Positions 12,374 to 25,196 of a stretch of 64,000 bases of DNA are shown here, piece by piece. The DNA is from Geosiphon pyriformis uo1 (Eukaryota > Fungi > Glomeromycota): assembly GCA_016748015.1 (NCBI GenBank), contig JAAOMT010000414.1:23208-87207 (forward strand). Direction: 5' to 3'. The position numbers and the translations under genes are program-made. Under the pieces are notes generated by a model that was given only the letters and a program-made list of their open reading frames with translations, had not been told where the DNA came from and did no database searches. The stretch's first letter is position 1, and each line of letters opens with the position of its first letter.

Positions 12374-14329
12374 TTTTTTAAAAAAATATTTATGCTAATA
12401 AACAGTAAATTATATTATTGCTAAACATTTTTTTAATAATTATATAATTTTTTTAACTTGTTAAAAAGTTTTGCTATTATAAATTACAATATGTTCTTTT
12501 TTTATTTTTTTAAAACAAAATAACACCAAAAAAAACATTAAAGACATTAATATAAAAAAAACTTGTCAAAATTAGATTGCTTTTTAAAATAAGCTTAATA
12601 ATAAACTTTTTTTTAAAATTTTTAAATGTTTTTTATTAAAAAATATTTCAATAATAATTAACATTTTTTTAAAAATTAGTTAAATAGTTACAAAATTTTA
12701 GATAAACTTTTGATAATAAAAGATTAATCCAAAAAAATCATAATTTGAAAATATTTATTAATTGTTTAAGCTTTTGTACTTTTTATTTTTGGTTGAATCT
12801 AAAAAAATTCTATTTTTTGTCACAAAATAATCTAAAAACTGCATAAATTGTTGGTTAAAAATAATTTGATTAATTAATATTAAGTTTATTATTTTTAAAA
12901 AGATTAAAAACTTTTTAAAGATAATTTAAATATTTATTTCAAGTTTTTAAATATTATATTATTAAAATATATAAAAATTAAATTTTAATATTTTGGGTTT
13001 AAATATAAATAATAAATATTATAACAAATATTTAAAAAGAAAGAACAAAAATTAAAAATCATTAAAAATAAAAAAAATATTTTTTAAAAATATTTTTTAA
13101 TTGTTTCTATTTATTAAGTTATTTTTATTGTTGTATTTATACAGAATTATTTTTAATAACAAAAAAAAACCATAAAGTATAAGATAAATTTGTTCTTAAA
13201 TTTTTTGTTTTTTTATCTAATTTTTTTAAATTTACTTTTTTTATTAACTTTTAAATTGTTTTTTTATATTTAATAACTATTTTTTTAAAGCTTTGCACTT
13301 TTTTTTCCAATTTTATTCTCTATTTGAATATTAATATTACAATACAAAATTTTTTTCAAATTTGGTAGTAAAAAAAATTTTATTTTGGCTAATATTTTTA
13401 AAAAACCATTAGATAATTTATTAAACAGCTTTTTTAACAGTTTTTTAAATAAACTATTTAATAAAAAAAAATTTTAATTATTTGGAATTTGGAATTATTA
13501 TTATATTAATTTGTTATAACAGTTTTTTTAAAATTTTTAAGCTATTTTATTAAATTTTAAAAGTTTTTTTAAACAAAAATAAAAAACTTATGTTTTAATA
13601 ACTTAAAACAATTTAGATGTTTTAAAAATTAATAATATATTTATTTTATCTTAAGTTATAATAAGAGTAAATATTTAGAATAAAAAGTCTAAATTTTTTA
13701 ACAAAAAATTAAAAATAAGAACTGTTTAATAATATTTGTTTTTCTAAAAAAGTTTTAATTTATTAATAAACAGATATTTAATTATAGATTTGTTAATTTA
13801 AGATTTTAAGTTCAAAAAAAATCAACTAAAAATAATTAAAAATATTAATTAATTAATGTAATTATTTTTAACTTTAAATTTTTTTTAAAGTATATTTAAT
13901 CAAAACTATTAGTTAAACTGTTTTTTAACTAAAAAACAAATAAAACAGATTGAAAAAAAATTAAGTTTAATATAAACTAAATTATTTTAATTATATATTA
14001 TAAAATAATTCTTGAATTTTTTGTACTAAAAAATAATAAATGTCTATATAATAATAGATAAATTAAAAATTTGACAACTTTACAAAAAACTTTATTTTTA
14101 TATTATAATTAAATATAATATATTAATAGATAACAAAAAAAACAATATTATATAATAATAAAAATAATTAAAAATAATTCAACTTTAATAAACAAATTAA
14201 ATTAATAAAAATTTAGTATATAAAATCAGTTTTATAGATATTTTAATTGCTATTTTTTCTAAAAATAATAAAAAAATAAAAAAATAATTTATATTGTTAT
14301 AGTTGAAACTTATACTTCTTATTAATTAT

Positions 14330-15080
14330 TATATATATTAGCCACTAATATCACATAAATTAGCCACTCTATTTTTAAAAAGTAATCATTAATCTAATCA
14401 ATAACCTGATCATTGATCTGATTATTAACCTAATTATTAACCTAATTATTAACCTGATTATTGACCTGATCATTGACCTGATTAATGACCTAATCATTGA
14501 CCTGATTATTGATCTGATCATTAACTTAGTTGTTGACTTAATTATTGACCACTTTTGATAGCTATATAAGTAATAAATCTCTTAGCTGTAGAAAAACATA
14601 TAAAAATAAAAGAAATAAAAGAAATAAAATAACAACTTTCATCTTAATTATTCTCTTATTGCTAATTTTTCTTTCTCTATCTTCAAGTATCTAAACATTT
14701 TGGAATAAAAGATTACTTGTTGGTTATTCTTTACCCTTTTCCTAAAATGTGTAATTGTAGTATTTGAAGATTATTGAATAAAACATGACTGAAAAATACA
14801 TCTGATATCTGATATTGAATTTTAAGAGTGCTGATATAAGGCATAGAATTATACCAGTATGTAATCATTTATTGACAATATGGATTATTTCTTTACCTTC
14901 AGATTCCTGGTTATTCTTTAAAAAGTACAGCAACTAAGATATTTTATAAAACTGATCTCACACATTGAATCTTTACTCATTTAATTCACTCTTTGAAGTT
15001 GAATTCTTTTTGATTACTTTTATCACTCTATAATCTTGTTCCTTTTTGTTATCTGTTAGCTTGTTATTTCAACCCATAAT
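14330..15080 (+). repeat. Host repeat 'X', copy A (least decayed); includes a 12-bp tandem array followed by a TATA-like GCTATATAAG
   Basis: Homologous, by eye, to an inverted copy at 15081-15440 and to a direct copy split across 17850-18153, 25063-25196 and 31954-32055. Confidence 0.7.
14383..14550 (+). repeat. Minisatellite of about 14 x 12-bp units, consensus TGATCATTGACC
   Basis: Units such as tgatcattgacc, tgattattgacc, taatcattgacc and taattattaacc vary mainly by C/T and G/A. Confidence 0.85.
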
Positions 15081-15440
15081 AATATTATTAATAAAAAATA
15101 ATATGTTAGCATAATTCTATATTATATATTAATACTTTTGAAATTTAATATTAAAAATTAATTGTATTTTTTAATAAATATTTATTTAATATATTTTATA
15201 AAAACTAACAATTATATAAATCAAAAAAAATAAAAAAAATAGTTAAAAAAAAAATAAAAAATTAATATTATTGTATTAATCTTTGCTTTAAATAAATTTA
15301 ATTTAAATATAAATAAATTTTTATAATTTTAAGAAGTTTTGTTTATATATTTTTAAAAAAAATTAATAATTAAGTTAATAATTACATTAAAAATTCAGTT
15401 AATAATTAAATTATTAATCAAGTTAATAATTACATTAACA
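15081..15440 (-). repeat. Host repeat X, copy B (inverted, heavily decayed)
   Basis: Its reverse complement aligns with 17895-18153 plus 25063-25153, and with ~14400-14880. Confidence 0.7.
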
Positions 15441-15480
15441 ACTATTTTTAAAAATAAAATAGTTATTTAATAACATTAAT

Positions 15481-17766
15481 TTTTTTTTATTACATTTTAA
15501 CAAGTGAAACCCAAATACTACCTAAAACTATGATACCACAGAAGAGATTACATTATAAGCATAAATCATGTGTTTTCTACATGTAATCAGACACTCAGCC
15601 CAATCAAGAACTTACTATGCTGAATCAAAAGTAGATAAGAATAACCCCAACTCACAAATTCTTTCAATGATACTATTTAGATTCCTAGAGTCAAAAATAA
15701 ACTCATTAAGAAACAATTTAGTAGACTCAATATTGCTCCTAGTTTCAGCACCAGACATTTGCCACAAAGCAATAACATGTTCAATAGTGTCCTCACTTAA
15801 AAAAGAAGACTTAGCAGCCAGCATACTATCATAATTCATATCACTAAAGTCAACCTCAGATCTAAGACAAGCAATGTCCTTAGAGATCACAACCAAGAGG
15901 TTAAAAAAATTGTTAGCAGCACTCTTCATGGAAATGAGATCTTTCTCAACCTGAACAGCCTTAGCAGCATTATCATTAAGAAGACGAAACACCAAAGCAA
16001 CCAAAGAACCAACAGGCTCAACAATAGACTTAACCAGAGCAGCCAAATCCGAAATCTGCTTTTTCAAAGAGTCCAACCTAGAACTAACAGCAGAATTAGC
16101 AGCAAAAACAGCTGAAGAAGCCACTAAAAGAGGAAACTCAGAAAGACCAAAAAGAGCAGCAGTCTTGGCATATGAAACAAAACCCACAAAACGAAACTTG
16201 AAAATCTTGGAAACCTTGGGAGTGAAAGGTAGAAAAATCTTGCAATCTGTGGCCAGATGGCCCATTTTTTGACATCTAAAGCAGTGCTGGCAGCCAGAAG
16301 TTTCCCACCAGATATGGCATTTCCTTAAAGTACCAGTCTTGACTACAGCAGAATCCAAATTGCCTTAAGAGTCAAATGTAACCAAAGCAAACTGAGAATA
16401 ATGACCAGAATCAGGAGAACAAGGAATGAAACATATTCGACCACCAATCTGAGAAATCATATCACTGATTTCAAAGGTGGTACAGCCAGGAGGAAGGTTG
16501 ACCAATTTGGCCTTAAACTTATCATGAAACAAAATAGTCTTATTTTAATTCACCAAAAAGAGGATTCTAACACTATCCTTGCCCACCAAAACTGACCAAT
16601 GCTTCAAGACAGACACAGCAGAGTCCAACTTTTCAAAATATACCACCACATACTGCCAAATACCAGCAGGCTTCAGTACAACACAAGTAACACTACCAAA
16701 CACATTGAGAGCCAACTTAACATCAGCAGCAGACACATCCAAAGGCACATCATGCAGTGCAACAGCAGCAGAAGAGGAACCAAATTCAAAAACCACCAAA
16801 GACTTGGCAATTTTAAGAGTGGCCAAATGAACAGAGCTTGTAAGCTCAACCAGAAATGCAGCTTCCAATGACTGTTGAGAAGCAAACTCCACACAGAAAA
16901 GCTTCATATTGTCTTTTGAAACAGATTTAACATCCAAGAAACCATGCACAGACTGAAAAACAGTCTTAACATAAGCCAATTTGATCTTAAAAGTAGCACC
17001 AGGCACCAGAGTGGAGGCCACCCACTCAGCAAACCTTTGACGACTAGTAATAGTTTCCCAAGCACCACCAGAAGTAGTACCAGAAACTAAAGAAGGAGAT
17101 GATTCAGTTTCCATTTGATCAGCCCAGTTTCCAAGAACAGGTAATCCAACAGGAGGAGATTGTTTTGCTTCTAAAACCAGCAAAGATCTGCTGAAAGACA
17201 CCACATTTAGCAACACAGCCAGTGGTTGATCTTGGCCCATCTTGGATAATGTGTCAGATAATGCTACAGAGATCTTATCTAAGATCTTATTGGGAACCAC
17301 AAAGGGGTTTGGTGTAACAATAGCAGAGGCAAACGACTGCTCCCACTTTTCTGAACTTTTGGTTTTTTTGACCATTTTTTTTGAAGAGGTGGTGCCAGAA
17401 GCACCAGATTTTGAATCTATAGAGAGGAAAACCAGCTTATTTACTGGTCTATTATTAAAAACTTTTGGGCTCTTAGTCGGGGTGGAGGCAATACTGGGAC
17501 TAATCCAAATGTGTCTCTTTGAGGGAACTTTAACCAGTGAAAAACCAGCCAAAGATAAGGAAGTTAATTCAATGGCTACCAAAGGCAGCTTTTCACAATT
17601 ACTGGGTAAAAGAAAGGCTTCTAAAATGTTTTGTCTAGTTGCTTCTACAATAGAGAGAGCTTTTCTGGTTGAAATTTTATTAGATATCTCAGGACAAATA
17701 TCCAGTGCAGCTTTTTTACTCTTTGCTCTAGTTGTGGTCATAAAATTAAGGAGACAAAGAGTAGTC
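15481..17766 (-). mobile_element. L0: ORF1-only non-autonomous non-LTR retroelement (HAL1-like)
   Basis: Perfect 11-bp TSD ATAACATTAAT (15470-15480 and 17767-17777); A-tail at 15481-15488; 3' UTR homologous to the five LINEs; no endonuclease or RT sequence. Confidence 0.88.
15615..17741 (-). pseudogene. L0 ORF1 (gag-like, ~700 codons): RRM-like region, CCHC knuckle, C-terminal coiled coil; broken near 16545 and 16365
   Basis: MTTTRAKSKK...LHDVPLDVSAADVKLALNVFGSV...GIWQYVVVYFE...WSVLVGKDSVRI...CFRCQKMGHLATDC...RLDSLKKQISDLAALVKSIV; homologous to ORF1 of L1-L5. Confidence 0.85.
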
Positions 17767-18300
17767 ATAACATTAATAATTAATATATGTAATTAATTAT
17801 TTGTTAAATAAATAAAAATAACTAAAAAGTAAAATTTTTAATTATAATTATATATTAGTTATTAATATTATTAATTAGTTATTTTAGCTTTATAAGTAAT
17901 TATTAATTAATTATTAATTTAATTATTAGCTTAAGTATTAATTTAATTATTAATTTGATTATTAACTGAATTTTTAATATAATTACTGATTTAATTATTA
18001 ATTTTTTTTAAAAATATATAAATAAAATTATAAAATTTTATTTAAAACAAAGATTATTTTTTTTATTTTTTTTACTATTTTTTTATTTTTTTTAATTTAT
18101 ATAATTATTAGTTTTTATAAAGTATATTAAATAAATATTTACTAAAAAATACATATTTAAAGATTTATAAAAAAAACTTTCTCTTGTTAATCCCCTGACC
18201 ACGATGAAAGTGAAGATTTATCAAAGATATAACATATTTTTTTTCCTTTCTCTTTCACCTTTTCATAATTATTTCTTCTAATCTATCTGTCTTTGTTATC

Positions 18301-20252
18301 ATAGAACTGGTAGGCTCTTCTGCTGATGGCTCTGTTTCAGATTTGGCTGGTTTGGGGACCTGCCCAAATACTAAGAAAAAGCATGTGGAGAGTGTTTACT
18401 CTTGTGCTGCATCATATAAAAAGCCAAAAAAACCTGAAGCTAGTAGTGTTTTGGTCGATTTGTCTATTGGTCTTCTGGCTCTGGAAGATATTGGTATTTC
18501 TGGCAATAAGTCTATGGTATTCTGGGGAAGCAAGATTAGAAGTGTTGCTAGCAGTGTAAGTGGTTTCTCAGATGTTGAGAATATGGCAAACACGATTGTC
18601 AAAAAAACAAGCTATGCTAAATCAGATGAGAATGATGATATGGACAATGGTACACTGAGAAAAACTCGCACCTGAACATACATGTTGGATAATCCTCTGA
18701 AGGCTTCAATGTTAGACACTATAAGCGATGATGAAAGTGTGTTTGGTTTTCTTTCTTCAAAGTTTGTTGGTTCTAATGAGCTGCCACCTGCCAAATCATG
18801 TGTCATGAAGAAACGTAGCTTTGAGCCAATTAAATCATTTGCATTAGATGTTGAGTTGTCTGCTGTGTCTGGAAAAACAAATAGTGATAAGTTAATTGCA
18901 TTCAAAAAATCTTTTATCAAATTGATGGTTTTGGGGGAACATCAACTCCTTCAAAATTCTCAGGGATTATCAGAGCTTCATTTATATCTGAGTTTAGTAT
19001 GATTAGGGCAAATGAATTGGTGATTTGTGAGAAAATTATTGTTAATGATGATTTAAGAAAAGTAAATAGCCATTTAGATCGGGAAGTGATAGTCAAGAAG
19101 ATCTCAGTAGATTTTTTCAGATCAGCAATTGAATCAGTATTTTCTAAGTTTGGTTAGGTGATTTCGATTAGAATGCAACTGATTGGCCTGTGGCAAAAAG
19201 CTTTAGTAGAATTTAAGTCATTAGCTGTGGCTAGCCTGGTTGTTTCTAAATGATCAGTTTTTGTGAGTAAAGATTCTGTTCATGTTGCTTTGGCATTAAA
19301 TGACAAGAAATTATGGGTGGCCAGAGATTATTATTGGGCATTGCTTTATACTTTTCCAGTTGGTATGACTGCTTATGATTTGTCAAGTTTAGTGAATTCT
19401 TATGGTGAGAAAACTTGTTTTATTGACCATAATCTCAGCTCTTATGCACGTGATAAATGTGCAATTATGTGTTTTGCCAATGAAGCATTCAAATTGACAG
19501 CTATTGGGTCTGTTCCTGTTTATAAGGATGTGAATTTGCATTGGGCTGGTCTTTTTTTGGCTCGTTGTGCCAAGTGTAAATGTTTTGGTCATATTTCTAA
19601 AGTGTGTTTGGTTGGTGGGAACTCTGTGGTTCATCATAAGTGAGTGGTGTTTTCTCAAGATCAGGTTTGTTTGGCTAATATTTATAAGAGAAAACAAGCT
19701 CCAGTTGCCTATCCAGTATTTTTTGGTGGTAAAACTTGGACACAAATTGCTGGTGGTGCATCTTTTCATGTGTTTTCATTGGTTCCTCCTAGAGCTGGTT
19801 TAACTTTAAGTGTGACATCTTTGGTGATGGCTTCTGATTCTTTCAATAATTCTGGTTTAACTGACCACATGGCTTTTCTGGAGTGCTCTATGGAGCTTTT
19901 GTCAAATCAAGTCTCTGAAATTTTAAGGAATTTGAGCTTTGTGGAATTGGTGCCAATTTCATCTTCTTCTTGTGTTCTCTCTTCTGTTGTTGCTCCTCCT
20001 ATGAACCCAGTTTTGAATTCGAATATGGCTGTAGATAATGTGATAATGCCTTCACCTTTTTTATCTTCTTCTCTAATAACTGGAAATGCCATCTCAGACC
20101 TGAGTTTGAGCAGCTTGAAGATTCTTATCACTAAGGTGGGTGGATTGAAATCTAAGATGATGGCTTTAGAGGTATTGATTAGTTCAGTTTTGTCAAGATT
20201 GAATTTTTTGTGTTCTGGTTTGGGTTTGTTAGCTCCTTTTCCATCTCAATAA
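18301..20252 (+). pseudogene. L1 ORF1 (start codon now ATA)
   Basis: (M)ELVGSSADGS...IGLWQKALVEF...CAKCKCFGHISKVC knuckle...PFPSQ*; multiple stops and a frameshift. Confidence 0.85.
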
Positions 20253-23200
20253 ATGGTTTAATTTGGAAAATTGCTATGTGCAACATTAAAGGGATGAATA
20301 ATCCTACAAAACAGAGTGATATAGTTTGTTGGCATAAGGAAATGAACAATGTAATTTCTATTGTTACTGAGACTAAATTAAAAGATAAGATCTGTTTATG
20401 GATTATAAACAGATTTGATGGCATCCGTGTTTTCATTTTTGGAGTGGATTCTGGTTATCTGGGTTCAGGCATGGCTATTATTATGGATGTTTTTTTAGCT
20501 TGTCATGTGTGCAAGGTTTCTGAGGTGCCTGGTTAGATTCTCTGTGTCAAGTTGCTTTTTAAAAATAAACTTTCTGTGTCAATTTTGGGGCTGTATGTTG
20601 ATGCTTCCTCAGTGGTTTGGTTCTCTTAAGCTGGTGACATCAACTCCCTTATTGTAAAGGCTGTAAACAAGTCCTCTTTTGTCATTCTCAGCAGTAATTT
20701 TAATGAGGATGGTTCTCACAAATGTGCCAGTTTCAAGAAGTGTTTTGATTTGAATATGGTCAACTCTTTAGCTGGGAGTGCTTTTGCTAAGAAACCTACA
20801 TGATGCAATTCTCGTGAGATTGCTAAGACAATTGATTATGTTTTTGTTTCCTCGAATTTGATTAATGCATTGGTGGGTCACAATGTGGCTAGTGTGGTAG
20901 ACTATTTTGATACTGATTATGTGGCTGTTTTTGTCTCTGTGGGTCTGGGTGGTTTGTTGAATATCCAGCTATTGTCGCTGCACAAGCAAGCAAACAAGAA
21001 TTGTTGGAAATATGACATTAAAGATGCTGATAAGAGCAAGTGGTGTTAATTTAGGAATGCTACAGCCACTCATGCTGCTGTGCTCTCAAGTGTGTTTAAG
21101 ACAGCTAAGAGGTTTTTGGATCTGGATGTGATGTGGAATGTTGTTCGTATGGTCATGAGTTCTGTGGCTGATGGAACATTCAAAAGAAAATGGTTCAAAG
21201 GTTATAACAGGGTTTTTACTAAGGTGTCTTCTAAGTTTCATAAACTGGAGTTGCTGGTGTCCAAACTGGTGAAGGTCTCTCGTTTGGTTTCAAGTGATGA
21301 TTTTATTTTGCTGCTGGATACATGGGACAGATTGAACTCCAGTGGTGTGGCTGAAGTAAAGTCTTTTTTTCTTTTAGGTTTTACTTTTGATGCTATTCAT
21401 TCTGGATTGGTGAAAGTGCGAAAGCTTTACTGTTTTTCCAAGTTATTGAAATCCAAGCATGCTGAAGAATCTTGTGTCAGACAGGCCATTGCCAATAGAA
21501 TAGAGAGTTTTGAATTGGATAAAAGTCATATTATTAGAAGTGTGCTGGAGTGGTCTTTTTGTAAAGTGGTATTGGATCATTTGGTTGTTAATGGTAAGTT
21601 GGTTTTGGAGCCCAATTTAGTTAAGTCTGGAGTGGATAAAATTATGGAGGGTTGGACAAGAAAGTGCAGGGTGGTGTCTGATGTCTCTGGTGATTGGACT
21701 CGTCAATATTAGCCTTTGAATTATGTTTTTAATGATGCATTTTCTGGTGTTATGGGTCCAATTGGTTCTGATAAATTGTTTGCAATGGTTTCTAATCTGC
21801 CTGATGGCAAAGCAGCTGGATTTTCTGGCATCTCTAATAAATTATGAAAACACTGTGACAGCTCAGTCTTGGCTATGCTTTCTGTGCTCTTGAATCTGTG
21901 TCTAACTTGTGAGTCTGTACTTGGGCTTTAGAAGAAAGCTTGGGTTTCAATAATTCCTAAGCCATATGAATGGGAAGATGTTCTTATGAACACATATCCT
22001 ATTGTATTGATTAAGACAGCTCGTAAAGTTTTTTTCAAGATTCTTTCAGACAGGATCTCTTCAGTTTGCAGTACTTATAATGTTTTGCATGGAGACAATT
22101 TTTCTGTATTAAGGAGTATGTTAATGCAATTGTCTATTTTTGCCATCAGTTCTGTAATTGAGGATGCATTGAAAAAAAAACTGTGAACTGTGGCTGGTTT
22201 TGCAGGACATACATAAGGCTTATAACTCTGTTGGTTGGGAACATCTCAAGAGGAGTTTAGTTAAAATCAAAATGTGTAACAGGTTTATTGGGTTTTTTGG
22301 TGATATTCACAATAATCAAGTTAACAGGGTGATGACTGACTTTGGCTTAACTGATGGATATTGTGTTCATGATGGCTTAGACCAGGAGAAAGTGTTCTTA
22401 TCTTTTCTTTGGCACATATTCTATGATTCACTTCTGTGTGAAGCCAAAAGGCAAGAAAGTGTGTGTAGTTATAGGCTGAATTCTCATTTTGTTTCCAAGT
22501 TGGACCAGGTAAAATCTCAGACAGGATTGACATCATTTTTTGCTGCTAGTGCTTATGTCAATGATACAATTTGGGTTGGTAGTAGTCAGACTGCTACACA
22601 ACATATCCTTAATATTGCTAGTGAATTCTTTAGGTTTAATGATATTTTTATAAATAATAACAAGACTGTGGCCATTTCCATTAACTGCCAAGTTTTTAAC
22701 TCTCATCTGACTGTCAGTAGTTTGCCTATTTCTGTCACTAAAAAGAAGGAGCCTCATTATTATTTGGGCATTTTTTTGTCTTCTAAGGGTCTATCAAAGT
22801 CTAGCATGACAAAAACACACTCAGATGTTCGGTTTTTTGTCAATTTTGTTCTAAAGAAGGTGATTTCAGATAAGCAGTTTGCGTACTTGGTATCAGTGGT
22901 TCTTTTTCTTATTGTCAATTACAGAACCCAGTTCAGTTTTGTTCCTATTAATGTTTGTAATAAATGGGATACTATGATTTGTAGGGGCTTGAAGTCCAAG
23001 TCTGGCCTCTCATATGATTTCCCTACTGATGCAATCTATTATCCCTCCTTGTATGATTTAAAGACTTTTGAACAGATCCAGGCTAAGAGCAAATCAGCTT
23101 CCATTGTTCTTTTTGTGAATTCACTGGGCATTTTGGATTGATTATTTTCTCATAGGTTTCATGATCTTCAAGTTCTTAGCTGGTATTTTCACCATCTTTT

Positions 23201-24931
23201 GCAGTTTTCAGTTCATATCAGAGTCAACCCCTCTGATAATTTTTTGGCTGGTATGGTCCACATTTTTTCTGGATGTGGTTTGTTCTTAGGCAGCTCTCTG
23301 ACAAGTGCATTTTGTTATTGGAGTGGTACTCCTATGTCTCTTGTTCTTAGAAAACCTGGTTATTTTAAGTGTGTTTCCTCTCTTCAGCAGTATGGGGTTG
23401 CCTTTGTGGACCAGCTACATGACAAGCATGATAATATTTTTGGTTGGCCAATCTTTAAGTGGTAAAAGCAACTGAACTCTCATGGCCCTATTTCCATCTG
23501 GTTTGAGCTTTTGGTGCACTTTCTTGGTAGTGTAAACTTTCCTTCTGTTTGTTTTCTGTTTTTGGATGTCTCCTCTGATGTTCTTCAGTCTTATGATTTT
23601 GATGTCATTGGTGTCAATTTGTTACATGTTGATGCTACTTGTCTTTCTGTATATATGGATGGATTGCTGAGCAGTTTAGGAACTCCTGGTATAATGGCTG
23701 GTGCTGTTGTTTTTTTTGAGAACATTGATTTGGACCTGGGTGTTGGGATTTCTGGTTTGGTTTCTTCTACAATGGCAGAGTTGCAGGCCATTGTGCTGGC
23801 TCTCAAGTGTATTCCTTCTTCCTGTTCTGTTGACTTGTTTTTGAACAGCCAGGCTGCTCTAGACGCATGTAAATCAAAGTCTGTATTGGCTTGTCTGAAT
23901 TTCAGGAATTGGTGCTGGGTTGAGTGTCACCATATTGTTAATGTCATTTGTCGCAAAAATTTGGATGTAAATTGGATTAAAGTTAAAGGTCACTCTGGTG
24001 TCTCTGACAATGAGCATGCTGATGCTCTAGCCAAAGCTGTTGCTCTTTCTAATAGATGCCTACCTCACATGGTCAGTAAGAGATTTCTTCAAGCTGATGG
24101 CACAGTTGTCTCTGATAACTCTCAGCATTTTGTTCATAATATCTTCCAATCTATTCACCATTCATATTGGGAGGTTGGTTCCAGTTTCCATGTTCTGATA
24201 GATAGCCTGCATGCTAATATTGATTGGTTTAGATCTTCTTTGGTGTGGCATCCCGATTCTCACTTGGCTGCTGGCTTTACCAGTGCACACACTGCTGGCT
24301 TCTATTCATATTTTATGAAGGCATTGCATCACTGTCTCTCTGTTGCAATATGTAAGCACCTATATAATAAGTGTTATTTTAGTGTGGTGTGTTTGTTCTG
24401 TGGGGATGTCAAAGTCTCAGACCATGTTTTTTTTTGCTCTTTTGATGCTGCTAATCATGACCATTTAATAGAAGCTTATGTATCAGCATGGAAGTCATGC
24501 TTGGGTTTATCTCACTCTTCTTCTTGTGTATTGTAATTGTTGTATGCTTGTGTTTCAGATGTGGTTGTTGGTACTGCTTTGTGTAAAGGCTTTGTTTTCA
24601 ATGATTGGTATCATGAATCTGCTTCTGTTTTTAAGGACCCTAAAGTTGCAGCTCAGAATATTGTGTTCTTTGTGCATGAATTCTGTCTTGCTTTCCAGGA
24701 TGATATTTGGCTGGTGTGTGCCAAATACCAGGCTGTTATGAAAAAAAATGGTTTGATCCTACCAGATAGTTCTATTTCTGTCTCAATTTCTGGTCTTTTG
24801 GTGGTGTTATCAGCTGGTGTGATTAGATTATTAGGTATTGCTAATGCGCTTGGTATTAGTTTTGGGTTTCGTAAATCTTGTCTGTTTTTCTCAAGTATTG
24901 GGACATGGTCTCTGTTCATATAGGTGCCTAG
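20249..24931 (+). pseudogene. L1 ORF2: AP endonuclease, reverse transcriptase, RNase H, C-terminal zinc motif
   Basis: WKIAMCNIKG/ETKL/IDYVFVS (APE); QDIHKAYNSV and AYVNDT (RT); VYMDG, AELQAI, KVKGHSG..NEHADALAK (RNase H); CLFCGDVKVSDHVFFC. Confidence 0.92.
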
Positions 24932-25196
24932 TGTAGTCTTGATTAGTCTGAGTGGCTGGTCATGTGTAGTAAATGCATGATTCACACCTAGTTTAGATTA
25001 TAAATGTGATGTATAATACTAGGCCATATTTGGATTTCACTTATTAAATGATTAAAAAAAAAAAAAAATACAATTAATACTTATAATTAAATTTTAAAAA
25101 CACTAACAAAAAATATAAAATTGTTTTAATATATTATTTTTTGTTAATAATACAGATTTTTAGATTTTTTTGTTATTTTTTGAAAAGAATAATAAC

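Larger units (their letters stand above)
8400..14290. mobile_element. Extremely AT-rich graveyard of decayed transposon relics
   Basis: No ORF of 60 aa or more over ~6 kb; almost no G/C by eye. Residual integrase-like motifs and degenerate direct repeats survive (see below). Confidence 0.7.
18154..25062 (+). mobile_element. L1: full-length, inactivated LINE (APE-RT-RNase H type, probably L1/Tx1-like)
   Basis: ORF1 plus ORF2, 3' UTR and poly(A) at 25054-25068; TSD AAAAAATACA (18144-18153 and 25063-25072). Confidence 0.92.

Noticed and set aside
14383-14550. 12-bp array as a CRISPR or telomeric repeat
   Set aside because: No spacers, eukaryotic context, interstitial position, and part of dispersed repeat X.
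14870-14900. TGG at 14881 as an LTR primer-binding site
   Set aside because: The homologous position in copy C reads CAG, implying a decayed CGG, and there is no evident tRNA complementarity. Repeat X is therefore not called an LTR.
17742-17768. First ATG (MTTLCLLNF) of ORF 16545-17768 as the L0 start
   Set aside because: It straddles the TSD/element junction; the ATG at 17741 is the plausible start.
24945-25045. Hammerhead ribozyme in the 3' UTR (CTGAG...GAAA)
   Set aside because: CTGAG varies as TCAAG/CTAAG across copies, implying ancestral CCGAG. GAAA lies in a hairpin loop, so the CUGANGA/GAAA core geometry is absent.
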